64,000 nt of DNA from Candidatus Eiseniibacteriota bacterium (GTDB taxonomy: Bacteria > Eisenbacteria > RBG-16-71-46): NCBI GenBank assembly GCA_963776245.1, contig CAVZLN010000003.1, positions 384,001 to 448,000 on the forward strand, given 5' to 3'. Position numbers and translations under genes: made by a program. The first letter of the stretch is position 1; every line of letters begins with the position of its first letter. Below, in pieces: positions 1 through 10,311 of the stretch. A model generated the notes under the pieces. That model searched no databases. It was not told where the DNA came from and saw only the letters and a list, made by a program, of their open reading frames with translations.

Positions 1-65
1 GCGCCACGGCGCCAAGCACTCCCGTCCATTCCGGGCACTCGTCCACCCCGCGGAGGTCCGCCCCG

Positions 66-1109
66 ATGCGTCGCCCCATCGCCCTCGCCTTCACGCTCGC
101 CGCGCTCGCCACCTCGTGCGCCCCCCGCGCCGAGCGGGCCGGCACCACGTCGGCGGATTCCACCCTCGATGCCGGGGCGCGTGCGGAGGTTCCCAGTCCG
201 CGATCGAAGGTGACGTTCGTCGAGGTGAGTGCGAAGACCGGGCGCGTGGCGCTCGCGCTCTCGGCCGGGAGGCCGGGCGACAGCCTGCTGCTGGTGGCCG
301 CCACCCGCGCGAGCGCGGGACGCTGGCTGGTGCGACATCGCACCGCGGACGGCGCCACGGCCACGCTCGCGAACCTGGTCGCGGTCCTCGACGCGGCCGG
401 CACCGTGGACCTGCACGCCGATGGCACGCGCGAGGCGTTCTTCGTCACCAACTCCGGCGGCAGCGGCCTCACCAACCGCGAACTGAACCTCTACTGCCCG
501 AAGTCGGACCGGCTGGTCACGCTCACCATGACCTTCATGCACGACGACACCCAGCCGGTGCCGTCCATCGTGCGCAGCGACGAACTCGAGCAGCCGGGGT
601 TCGCGGCCGAGACCGCGTTCCTCGAGGGCATCAAGCGCGACTACGGCTACGTCAGCGCGGCCGACCTCGCGCACGGCGACGACCCCAGGCAGGCGTTCTA
701 CTACTGGCGGACCGACAATGCCGGGCTCGCCGACGGCGCCCCGATGCGGGTGCGCCGGTTCCGGGGGCCGCGCGCCGGGATGGGCAGCGTGAACGACACG
801 CTCTCGGTGGCCGGCATCACCTACACCGCCTACTTCAAGAGCGGCGTGGTGGCCTACGACCCGGTTCAGGACGAGCACTGGGTGGTGTTCCACCCCGACG
901 ATCGCTACAGCTGGCCCACGCGGCTGGCGGCCACCGGCGACCTCCTCGTCATCGGCACCCGCGGCGAGGGGCTCGCGGTGGTGAAGCTCTCGACCCTCGC
1001 GCTCCGCCGCGTGAAGGTGCTCGGCAATGACGATGTCGAGGAGTTGGCGGTGCACGACAGCCTGATCGTCGTGAACCGCGTGGCCCGGGTGGCGCTTCCG
1101 GCATTCTGA
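66..1109 (+). CDS. hypothetical lipoprotein
   Basis: 347-aa ORF with host-like codon use; signal peptide with lipobox-like LATSC; no family recognised. Confidence 0.65.
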   Translation: MRRPIALAFTLAALATSCAPRAERAGTTSADSTLDAGARAEVPSPRSKVTFVEVSAKTGRVALALSAGRPGDSLLLVAATRASAGRWLVRHRTADGATATLANLVAVLDAAGTVDLHADGTREAFFVTNSGGSGLTNRELNLYCPKSDRLVTLTMTFMHDDTQPVPSIVRSDELEQPGFAAETAFLEGIKRDYGYVSAADLAHGDDPRQAFYYWRTDNAGLADGAPMRVRRFRGPRAGMGSVNDTLSVAGITYTAYFKSGVVAYDPVQDEHWVVFHPDDRYSWPTRLAATGDLLVIGTRGEGLAVVKLSTLALRRVKVLGNDDVEELAVHDSLIVVNRVARVALPAF

Positions 1110-1174
1110 GGGCGCGGGGCCCGCGGCGGCGGCCCCGCACGGGACCGCCGCGAGCCGCGAGCGCCTGCGCCGGC

Positions 1175-1975
1175 TCACAGCCGGTAGCGGATCTCCCAGG
1201 GCAGCGCCTGCCCCGCACGGAAATAGCGGCGCCAGACCACCAGCCGCCGACCCTGCACGGTCACGTCGTGGATCGGTTCGGGCTGGATGGACACCACCGT
1301 CGCCCCGGCCGGGAGCAGGACCGAACGCGTGACCAAGCGGTCCTCGGGGTAGTCCCCGCGGTGGCGGTAGACCCAGAGATCGCCCTCGCGCCGGACGCCG
1401 TCCGGATAGCGGATGATGTCGGTGAGCAGCAGGCGCTCACCGGGCAGCACCGGGCGCGGCAGATCCACGCTCACGCGCTTGCCGCGGATCGAGTGGTCGT
1501 CCCGGACCTGCAGCTTCAGCTCGTTGCCGTATTCGTCCACCACCCGGCGGTCGGCGAGCGTCCCGAGCTCATGCGCCCCCACCCCCCAGTCCACGCGGGA
1601 GAGCGCCTCGGCGCCATCGTTGGTCCGCTGGATCCTCGAGTGCACCTCGAGCGCCCCGTCCGGCGCGATCCGCTCGAACGTCACGTTCTCCAGCACGACG
1701 CGCTCCGGCACCTCGACCCCGGTCTCGCCGGCCGCCTTCCCATCGATGCTGCGGATCTGGTCGCCCGTGAGCACCAGGCAGTCCCGCTCGGTCTGCATGA
1801 GGTACGACCCGGCCTGGATCCTCATCAGTGCGCCGGCGACCCGGCGACCGTCGTCCAGCTCGACCCTCCGCGTTCCTGCGCCGTCCGCCCGCACCGCGCC
1901 GCGCATCAGGACGATCCCGGTCAGGAACGCCGTCACCGCGAGCGACGCCACCATGACGACTGGTCGTGAACTCAT
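1175..1975 (-). CDS. hypothetical membrane-anchored/exported protein of ECF operon
   Basis: Start MSSRPVVMVASLAVTAFLTG at ATG 1975 overlaps the anti-sigma stop (ATGA); N-terminal hydrophobic helix, beta-rich remainder. Confidence 0.65.
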   Translation of the reverse strand: MSSRPVVMVASLAVTAFLTGIVLMRGAVRADGAGTRRVELDDGRRVAGALMRIQAGSYLMQTERDCLVLTGDQIRSIDGKAAGETGVEVPERVVLENVTFERIAPDGALEVHSRIQRTNDGAEALSRVDWGVGAHELGTLADRRVVDEYGNELKLQVRDDHSIRGKRVSVDLPRPVLPGERLLLTDIIRYPDGVRREGDLWVYRHRGDYPEDRLVTRSVLLPAGATVVSIQPEPIHDVTVQGRRLVVWRRYFRAGQALPWEIRYRL

Positions 1976-2523
1976 CTCATTCTCCTCCCCGGCGAGGGGC
2001 CGATCCCCCGCCATTCGATCGGATCCGCCATCGAGAACGTCCCCGCGACGCCGATGGCAAGGCCCTGCTCGCGGGCCGCGAACTCGGCGAGGTTGAGCAC
2101 CGGGCCCGCGCGCGGGCGGGGCCCCCGGCCCGGTCCCACGACCCCGAGCAGCACGAGCGCGAGCACCAGGCTCGTCGTCAGCGCCCCCGCCGTCACCAGG
2201 TCGGTGGCCACCGGAGCGAACCACCGACCCACCGCCCACCCTGTGCGCCCGGATGGCTCGGCGCGTCCGGCGCGATGCGCCCGCCCGGCCGCGGCGAGGA
2301 GCGGCTCCGCGGCGGCGAGGACCGCCGCGCGCTCCGCCGGCGTGGACGCCAGCCGCGGCGCCCGCTTCCAGGCGTCCCGCCAGGCCCGCGCCGCGTCCAT
2401 CTCGGCGCGGCATCGCGCGCATCCGCTCAGGTGCCCCTCGAGCGCCGCGCGGTCGTCCGCCTCGAGTTCGTCGTCGAGGAAGCGCGGGATCCGACCTTCG
2501 GTGTCGCGGCACGTCCAGTTCAT
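1972..2523 (-). CDS. zf-HC2 anti-sigma factor
   Basis: N-terminal C...FLDDEL...HLSGCARC (HxxxCxxC) followed by a TM helix; overlaps sigma factor stop. Confidence 0.85.
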   Translation of the reverse strand: MNWTCRDTEGRIPRFLDDELEADDRAALEGHLSGCARCRAEMDAARAWRDAWKRAPRLASTPAERAAVLAAAEPLLAAAGRAHRAGRAEPSGRTGWAVGRWFAPVATDLVTAGALTTSLVLALVLLGVVGPGRGPRPRAGPVLNLAEFAAREQGLAIGVAGTFSMADPIEWRGIGPSPGRRMR

Positions 2524-3119
2524 AGGTCACCTCTCAGCGGGCCGAGGGTCCGGCGCAGCGCCGCGATCGCCGCGTGCTTGCGCGAGGCCACCGTCCCGAT
2601 CGGACACCCGCAGATCCCCGCGATCTCCCGATAGCGGAGCCCCTCCAACTCGCTCAGCACGAACACCGCGCGCAGTCCCTCCGGCAGCGCCCGGAGCGCC
2701 GCCACCAGGCGCCGGCCGAGTTCCCGGTCCTCCAGCAAGGCATCGGGCGCGGGCGGCCCGGGCAGGGTCTCCGCGAGCGCGGGCGTGGTCACGTCGTCCG
2801 CGCCCTCCGTGGACCCTTCGAGCGGAAGCTCCCGACGGCGCCGCTGCCGCCGGCAGAGCTCCCGGACCGTGTTGCGCACCACGGTGAACAGGTAGGTCGA
2901 GAAGCGGGCGCGCGCCTCGTAGCGGTGGGCCGATCTCAGGATCCTGAGGAAGCTCTCCTGGGCCGCGTCCCGGGCCAGTTCGCCGTCTCCGCACAGCCGG
3001 TACGCCAGGTCGAGCGCCCGCTGATGGTGGCGCGACACGATCTCCCCGAACGCGTCCCGGTCGCCGCGCGCCGACTCCAGCATGAGCTGTTCGTCGGTGC
3101 GCTCGTCCGGGCTCGGCAT
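2520..3119 (-). CDS. ECF RNA polymerase sigma-70 factor
   Basis: TDEQLM..GDRDAF, DAAQESFL, FSTYLFTVVRN (region 2); LPEGLRAVFVLSELEGLRYREIA..CPIGTVASR (region 4). Confidence 0.92.
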   Translation of the reverse strand: MPSPDERTDEQLMLESARGDRDAFGEIVSRHHQRALDLAYRLCGDGELARDAAQESFLRILRSAHRYEARARFSTYLFTVVRNTVRELCRRQRRRRELPLEGSTEGADDVTTPALAETLPGPPAPDALLEDRELGRRLVAALRALPEGLRAVFVLSELEGLRYREIAGICGCPIGTVASRKHAAIAALRRTLGPLRGDL

Positions 3120-3334
3120 CACGGGGTCGACCACGGTGCGGCTCCTTCGGTTCCGACCACCTCGGGACGGCGGGGCTGGATGGGACCACGCCCCGACTGC
3201 CTGACGAGCATGGAATGCCGGAGGGCCAGCGTTTCTTCGGGGCATCCGACGAGCGAAGGGAGAACCCGGGGGGTGGACGGTGCTGGCCCGGCACGGGTCC
3301 GCCGTGCGGGGCGGCCCTTCGCTCCAGCTCGCGA

Positions 3335-4126
3335 CTACTCGACCTCGGTCAGCCCGTACTGCGCGATCAACCGCTCGAAGCGCTCGAGGCCTTCGAGGTC
3401 CTCGGGACCGAGGCGATAGTGGAACCCTCGCAGGTAGGCCTCGACCTCGGCGGCGGGCCACCCGGTCTCGGTCTGGCGTCGCGCCACCTCCGGCAGCGAG
3501 GCGAGCCCGGCCGCGAGCGACGCTTCGAGGAACTCGCGCAGCTCGGCCTTGACGCCGGGGTCGAGCGTGCGCCGCACCGCCCACACCGCGTACACGAACG
3601 AGAGCCCGGTCCACTCCAGCCAGTCCGCGCCGAGGTCGAGCGTCTGGGTGAAGCCCTCCGGGCGGCGGTCGCGCATGCGCATCGCGCCGTCGCCGATCAT
3701 GAGCAGCGCGCTGGCCTGCGACGGCTCGAGCCCGCGCACGTAGCGCACGTCCGCGAGCCCGCGCCGCACGTCGAGCAGCAGGCGGAGCAGGCGGATCGAG
3801 GTCGAGGTCTCGGGCGTCACCGACACCAGCGCGTGGGCCAGCGCCGCCGCCGGCTGGCGCGAATAGAGCAGCACCGAGTCGACCGTGCCGCGCCGCGCCA
3901 CCCCGAAAGGCCCCACCAGCTCGAAGCGGTCCTTCATCCGCAGGTAGTCGCCCGCGGCCATCAGGCCGAGGTCCACGCGGCCCGCCTCGGCCTCGCGGCC
4001 GAGCTCGCGGGGCACCAGATTGCGCACCGCGAACGGCGCGTCGTTCCAGAGCGCGTAGAACGGAGCCGCGTTGGAGTACGGGATGCGCGCGGCGAGCGTC
4101 CGGGTGGAAAGTCGGGAGGGCGTCAT
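3335..4126 (-). CDS. mqnA: chorismate dehydratase (futalosine pathway)
   Basis: IPYSNAAPF, GTVDSVLL, ETSTSIRLL, LMIGDGA, DLGADW..WTGLSFVYAVW motifs; start set at ATG 4126. Confidence 0.88.
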   Translation of the reverse strand: MTPSRLSTRTLAARIPYSNAAPFYALWNDAPFAVRNLVPRELGREAEAGRVDLGLMAAGDYLRMKDRFELVGPFGVARRGTVDSVLLYSRQPAAALAHALVSVTPETSTSIRLLRLLLDVRRGLADVRYVRGLEPSQASALLMIGDGAMRMRDRRPEGFTQTLDLGADWLEWTGLSFVYAVWAVRRTLDPGVKAELREFLEASLAAGLASLPEVARRQTETGWPAAEVEAYLRGFHYRLGPEDLEGLERFERLIAQYGLTEVE

Positions 4127-4208
4127 GGCGCGCGGAATCCTACGACACGCGCACGGCGCGGTCGAGGCGGCCCGTGCCGGATGCGCCGCCTGTGCGCCGG
4201 GCCGGCGG

Positions 4209-7200
4209 TCAGGCACGGGCGGTGTCGGCGGTGCCCTTGCGCTGGAGCTTGCCCCAGCCCGTGGTGCGGCCCTCGATGGCGTGACGCACGGCGCGCAGCG
4301 CCACGGCGTACATGACCTGGCGGTAGACGAAGCGCTGCCAGAACAGCCACCACAGGTCGCGTGGGCGCTCGCGGTCGAGCCGGTATGCCACCGCCGCCCC
4401 GAGGAGCTCGAGCGCGAAGAACAGCACGAACAGCGTGGCGACGCCGGAGAAGGACTCCATGGCGTGCGGCGCGGCTGCCAGTCGTGCGTGAGCCATGCGC
4501 GCGACACCCAGCTGGTGGTGGCGCCCCACAGCGTCCACACCATCATCAGGTCGACGATCGGCGACAGCATCTGGTAGGCGATCTGGAACAGCCACAGTGT
4601 CGGCATCGCCAGCCGGCCGAACCACCCGTAGCGTCCGAGCGCGTCGCGGTGCTTCCACAGGCACTGCAGCGTGCCGAAGGTCCAGCGGAAGCGCTGGCGG
4701 AAGAGCGGCCGCAGCGAGTCGGGCGCCTCGGTGTAGGCCAGCGCCCCGGGCTCGTTCACGATTCGCCAGCCCGCGCGTCGCAACCGCCAGGTCAGGTCCA
4801 TGTCCTCGGCGAGGGTGTCGGTCACGAAGCCGCCCGCCTGCTCGAGCGCCGCGCGCCGCCAGGCGCCGCACGGCGCCGGGCACCACGGTGATCGCGTTGA
4901 GCAGCGCGTAGGCGCGGCGGTCGAGGTTCTGGCTGGTGATGTACTCGATCGCCTGCCAGCGCGTCCACAGGTTGACGCGGTTGCCGACCTTGACGTTGCC
5001 GGCCACCGCGCCGACCGCCGGGTCGACGAAGTGACGCACCAGCCGCGCGATCGTGTCGGGGGTGAACAGCGTGTCGGCGTCGAGACACACCAGCCACTTC
5101 GCCACTCGAGGCCGCGAGCGCACGATTGAGCGCCGCGGCCTTGCCGGCGTTGGCCTGCCGCAGCAGGCGCACGCGCGGCTCGCCGCCGAACCCGCGCTCG
5201 ACTTCGTCCGCGGTGCCGTCGGTGGATCCGTCGTCCACCACCATCACCTCGAGCCCGGGGCCGGCTCCCGCGAGCACCGCCTGCAGCGTGCGCGCGATGA
5301 CCGGCCGCTCGTTGTACGCGGCGATGAGCACGCTCACCGTGGGATCGTACGCGGGATCGAACCGCGGGCGCCGGCGCAGCGATAGCAGCGCCAGCAGCGT
5401 CATCGCCAGGACGCGGAGCGCTCCCAGCACGATGGCCGAGACGAACGCGTAGTAGAGGAAGGTCTCCACGAGGTACACGGCCTCGAAGGTCGCGCGGTCC
5501 ACGCCCTGCAGCGGCCGGGTGTCGGCGTCGATGCGGGGCATCACCTGGTCGCGCGTCAGACCGGCCAGTTGCGAGACCGTGACGAAGTGGAATCCGCGCC
5601 GCTTCAGTTCGGGGATGAGGACGTGCAGCGCCCCCACCGTGCGCGAGCGATCTCCGCCGCCATCGTGGAGCAGCACGGTGTTGCCGCGCTGCTCGGCCAC
5701 CTCCTCGAGCACGGCCCGCATGATGTCCTGCCCCGTGCGCGATCGCGTCGCGCCGGTGGAGTCCACCGTGACGAGGTTCCAGTCCTGCGGGTCGAGGTAC
5801 TCGCCGACCGTCATGTACCCGAGTCGCGAGGCGGCGAGGATGGGGAGCACCTCCTCGGCGCTGGTGGGTTCGGCGTCGGCGTTGTAGGGCGGGCGGAAGA
5901 ACAGGGTCGAGCGGCCGAGGTCGGCCTCGATCACGCGCTGGGTGGCGTTGAGCTCGAGACCCAGCCGCTCGGCCGAGATGGCGGCGAGGTTGGGATGGGT
6001 GAAGGAGTGGTTGCCGATCTCGTGTCCCTCGTCCCACATGCGATGGATCACGTCGGGGTGGCGTTCCGCGTTCTGCCCGATGACGAAGAACGTGGCGTGC
6101 ACGCTGTCGGCCTGGAGCTCGTCGAGGATGTCGTCCGTCCACGGCGAGGATGGGCCGTCATCGAACGTCAGCGCGATGGCGCCGGGCTGGAATCCCTCGC
6201 GGCGGAGCACGTAGGGCGTCGGGAAACTCGCGTAGGTCTGATCGGTGAAGAGACCGGTCGACGGATCGCGATCCAGCCGCCGGGCGCCCGCGCGCGGCTC
6301 GGACTTCACGGTGAGGATCTCGCCGTCCCCCGAGAACGCCACATCGAACGGAAAGCGGTCCGCCGAGAGCTGGACGGAGTCGGGACGGGCATCGGGCCGC
6401 GCGCGATCGAGGAACGTCCAGATGTCGGGATCCTCGCCACCCAGCACCCAGAGCACGCTGCCGCGCACGCCGCGCGCGAGGGAGAGCGTGCGCTGATTGG
6501 CGGCCGAGATCGCGTCGAGCATCCAGACCTCGTGTTCGTCGCCGTCCTCATCGCGGTAGGTATACGTGGCGTTGAGCTCCCCCGCGTCGAAATCCACGAT
6601 GTCGCCGGGCGCGGCCCCGGGGTGGGTGTCGGCCGCCGTGGAGAGGGCCTGCTGGTAGGTCATCGCGGTCGCCGGGGGATGGCCGATCAACCAGTCGTAG
6701 GCGTATCCGCCGTAGCCCATCACGAGCTTGCCGGCGGGGATCCCCAGCAGCGCGCGATCGAGCGCGGCCGAGAACCAGCGTGCGCTGCACAGCGGGCCGG
6801 CGCCGCCCTGGCGTCCATGCTGGTCGTAGCCCATGAGCACCACGAAGTCGCACACCCGCGCCACTTCGGCGGCGGGCGGGACCACGCCCTGCACCGGGAG
6901 GTCGAACGAGAGCGCCAGACTCTCGGGCGCGAACCGGCGGGCCAGTCGCTCGAGGAATGCCGGGACGCGCGCCGCGTCCTCGGCCGAGAGGTTCTCGAGG
7001 TCCACGTTGAGGCCGCGGAAGCCGTGGATCACCAGCCAGTCGCGCAGCGCCCCCGCCAGCCGGTCCTGACGTGCGGGATCGGAGAGCAGCACGTGGGCGC
7101 GCGTGGAATCGAACATCCCCTCGTGGGCGTTGGCGAACACCGGATGGATGGCGATGCGCTGATCTCGGCAGATCTTGAGCACGTCCAGATTGTGCGGCGA

Positions 7201-7728
7201 GAGTTCGGGGTCCCAGTCGCGCGCATCGATCCCATCCGAATTCGGCCCCAGCCGCAGCCACACCGGGAACAGGTGCGTCAGGTGATCGGCATTGGCGCGG
7301 AGCGAATGGATACCGGTCCCCTGCCACACGGCGTAGAACGCACCGACGATGGCCGGCGACAGGGTGTCGCGGGGCGCGGCCTTCACCGCCTTCTCCTCGG
7401 CGCGGATGGCGGTGAGCAGGCGCCGGCGCGTACGGCTCTCGAGGAAGAGACGGCGCTCGCGCCCCCGCTCGGGTCGCTGCGGGAGCGCCGGTCGGATGAC
7501 GTGCCGCACCCCGGCGCTGAGCCCCGGGACATGCGGCAGCACGGGGACCGTGAGCAGACTGAGCGTGAACACCGCGGCGATGGCCAGCAGGAGCGCCCCG
7601 AGCAGGACGGTGATGCGAAGCACCCAGCGGGGGCGCCTACCGGTGGGATCCACGAAGATGGCGGCCTCCCGGCGGCCCGGGCCACCCGGCACGTCGCGCC
7701 GGGGATCGCGGGACTCAGGAGTGGACAC
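4209..7728 (-). pseudogene. GH18-like + polysaccharide deacetylase + GT2 glycosyltransferase fusion, broken by three frameshifts (pseudogene or assembly error)
   Basis: GLNVDLE (GH18-like), ALTFDDGP/GNHSFTHP/FRPPY/LLHDGGG (NodB), IAAYNE/VDDGSTD/DAD/AEDMDL/QRFRW (GT2); continuity switches frame near 5095, 4870 and 4472. Confidence 0.85.
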
Positions 7729-8422
7729 GGAGACTCGCGACCATGCCGCTGTCCCGGGTGCCCGCGGCGCTGCCGCCGGCGACACCGAGCGTGACGGCGA
7801 GGTGGTCGGACAGATCGAGCGTGACGCCCGCGTTCGCCGTCACCAGCCGCGCGCCCGGGCTCTCGCCGTACCACACCCCCTCCACCTCGCACCATAGGTC
7901 GACCGCGTCGCCCACGGCACGGCTGATGCCGATGGTGGCGGAGCCGTCCAGGAAGCGCCCCTGCGAGACGATGCCTCCCACGCTCTGGACGCTGGCCGAC
8001 GCGCCGAGGAGGGTGGCCGGGTCGAGACGCACCGCGCCCGGGAGGGCCAGCCCGGCCTCGAGCACCCGCGTGTCGGGCGAAGCGGCGGAGCCCGGGATGC
8101 GCGTCCAGAAGACGATCCCGGTCTGCACTCTCGCCTCGTGAGAGGCCGTGAGCCGGGTGCGCAGTTGCAGCGTGGTGGCGCCGAGGCCCTCGGCCGAGAC
8201 GGCATCCGAGGCGGGACCGGGGTCGATGGTCTGGTACTCGCAGGGCTGCAGAAGGAGCGCGACCACGCGGCCAGTGCCGCGACCGCGACCCGCGCCATGG
8301 CCGCCCGCGGCGCGCGCCAGGGCGATCCACGGCAGGACACATGCGGTCATCAGGCCCGCGGTGATGAGGGTGGTGGACACGAGCGCACGGCGGGACGACC
8401 CGATCCGACGGGTGGACGGCAT
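7715..8422 (-). CDS. hypothetical exported protein, possibly small outer-membrane beta-barrel
   Basis: Hydrophobic N-terminus, alternating amphipathic strands in the C-terminal half; stop overlaps the proposed start of the fusion gene. Confidence 0.45.
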   Translation of the reverse strand: MPSTRRIGSSRRALVSTTLITAGLMTACVLPWIALARAAGGHGAGRGRGTGRVVALLLQPCEYQTIDPGPASDAVSAEGLGATTLQLRTRLTASHEARVQTGIVFWTRIPGSAASPDTRVLEAGLALPGAVRLDPATLLGASASVQSVGGIVSQGRFLDGSATIGISRAVGDAVDLWCEVEGVWYGESPGARLVTANAGVTLDLSDHLAVTLGVAGGSAAGTRDSGMVASLRVHS

Positions 8423-8564
8423 GCGCGCAGCCTAGGACTTCGAGTCATGGGGCTCCAGCGGCTCCGCGCCGGCCGGCCGCACCGGAGGAAGGCCGCCCGG
8501 TCCGCCGGCGGCCGGATCGCGCTGCAGGATCGCGCCGCAGGAGCGCGCATCGCGGCCGCGCGGC

Positions 8565-10130
8565 TCAGTCCTCGCGCCCCAGTTCCTCGAGGAAGGCGTC
8601 GCCGTAGCGCTCCAGCTTCACCGGCCCCACGCCCGAGAGCTGCAGCAGCTCCCCGCGGCTGCGCGGGCGGTGTTCGGCCATCTGGCGCAGCACCGCGTCA
8701 CTGAAGACGATGTAGGCGGGCACGCCTTCGGCGTCGGCGAGGCGCTTGCGCAGGGCGCGCAGGCGGTCGAACGCTCCGGCGTCGTACCCGCCGCCCACCG
8801 GCGCGGTGCCGGCACGGCCACCCGCCGCGCCCCGCGCCCCGCGCGTGACGCCGGCCAGCGCGACCAGCGCGTCGATGCCCACGCCGCGGCACACGTCGCA
8901 CGATCGGCCGCAGGGCGCGAGCGCTTCGTCGAAATACCCGACCAGCGCCTGATGGCGGCAGCCGCCGCGGTCCACCATCCGGAACAGCTCGACCGTGCGG
9001 CGCCGTGTCTCCGCCCGCACCTCGGGGTCCTCGACCGTGTCGAGGAAGCGGTCGTAGCCGATGACGTCGGCCCACGAGTAGAGCAGCACGCAATCGCTCG
9101 GCAGGCCGTCGCGCCCGGCGCGGCCGATCTCCTGGTACCACGCCTCGATGCTCTTCGGCATGTCGCGGTGGATGACGAACCTCACGTTGCTCTTGTCGAT
9201 CCCCATGCCGAAGGCGACGGTGGCCACGATCACGTCCGCCTCGTCGCGTGCGAACGCCTCCTGATTGCGATGGCGCTCGTCGTCGCCCAGCCCGGCGTGG
9301 TACGGCAGCGCGCGCACGCCGTGGGCGTTGAGCCATGCCGCCACCTGCTCCACCGAGCGCCGGCTCAGGCAGTACACGATGCCGCTGGCGCCGGCGTGGC
9401 GGCGGATGATGGCGAGCATGTCGCGGCGCGAGTCGCGCTTGTGGCCCTCGGCGTCCTCGCCCTTGCGGTGCGCGGTGATGATGAGGTTGGGGCGGAAGAA
9501 CGAGCCCTTGTAGCCCGCCGGCTTGCGCATGCCGAGCTGGTGGATGATGTCCCCCGTCACGCGCCGCGTCGCGGTCGCGGTGAGCGCCAGCACCGGGATG
9601 TCGCCGAGCTCGCCCTTGAGCCCCGAGAGCCGGCGGTAGGACGGCCTGAAATCGTGCCCCCACTGGCTGATGCAGTGCGCCTCGTCCACCACCACGAGGC
9701 TCGGCCGGCATTCGGCGATGATCCCGCGCAGCCCGGCCTCCAGCCCTTCGGGCGCCACGTACAGGATCTCGACCTCGCCGCGCCGCAGCGCCGCCACGCG
9801 GCGCCTGCGCTCCTCGAAGTCCACCGTCGAGTTGAGCACGGTGGCCCGCACCCCCACGCGCACCAGCGCGTCGACCTGGTCCTTCATGAGCGAGATGAGC
9901 GGCGAGAGCACGAGCACGTGCCCGGCCAGGATCTTGGCCGGGATCTGGAAGGTCAGCGACTTGCCCGCGCCGGTGGGCATCACGCCGATGCAGTCCTGCC
10001 CGGCGAGCACGGCGTCGATGATCTCGCGCTGCCCGGGGCGGAACGTGGGATAGCCGAACACCGTCTCCAGCACCTGCTGGGGGTCCGTGAACCTCAGCGA
10101 ATCGAAGAGCGGGGTGCTGGACTCGGGCAC
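8565..10130 (-). CDS. recQ: RecQ-family DNA helicase with HRDC domain
   Basis: [54 protein letters not shown], Zn-site [27 protein letters not shown] start with GGAGGG RBS. Confidence 0.93.
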   Translation of the reverse strand: MPESSTPLFDSLRFTDPQQVLETVFGYPTFRPGQREIIDAVLAGQDCIGVMPTGAGKSLTFQIPAKILAGHVLVLSPLISLMKDQVDALVRVGVRATVLNSTVDFEERRRRVAALRRGEVEILYVAPEGLEAGLRGIIAECRPSLVVVDEAHCISQWGHDFRPSYRRLSGLKGELGDIPVLALTATATRRVTGDIIHQLGMRKPAGYKGSFFRPNLIITAHRKGEDAEGHKRDSRRDMLAIIRRHAGASGIVYCLSRRSVEQVAAWLNAHGVRALPYHAGLGDDERHRNQEAFARDEADVIVATVAFGMGIDKSNVRFVIHRDMPKSIEAWYQEIGRAGRDGLPSDCVLLYSWADVIGYDRFLDTVEDPEVRAETRRRTVELFRMVDRGGCRHQALVGYFDEALAPCGRSCDVCRGVGIDALVALAGVTRGARGAAGGRAGTAPVGGGYDAGAFDRLRALRKRLADAEGVPAYIVFSDAVLRQMAEHRPRSRGELLQLSGVGPVKLERYGDAFLEELGRED

Positions 10131-10311
10131 TGGGCCCTCCGTGAGCGGGAGCGGGTGGGGAGCGGGCGGCCCGTGGGGCGACGTGGGCAGCCGGCACGGA
10201 GCGACTCTAGTGGATGCGGCGGCCCGATGCACGGACCGCTCGCGGCGCGGGGCCGGCGGGCGGGTCGCGGGCCGCTCGCGCTCGCGGACGTGGATGCGTA
10301 ATCTGGACCGT

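Noticed and set aside
3335..6142. 935-aa ORF suggesting a GT2-MqnA fusion
   Set aside because: Artefact: a frameshifted GT2 segment shares the mqnA frame; mqnA has its own ATG at 4126 and the GT2 gene ends at 4209.
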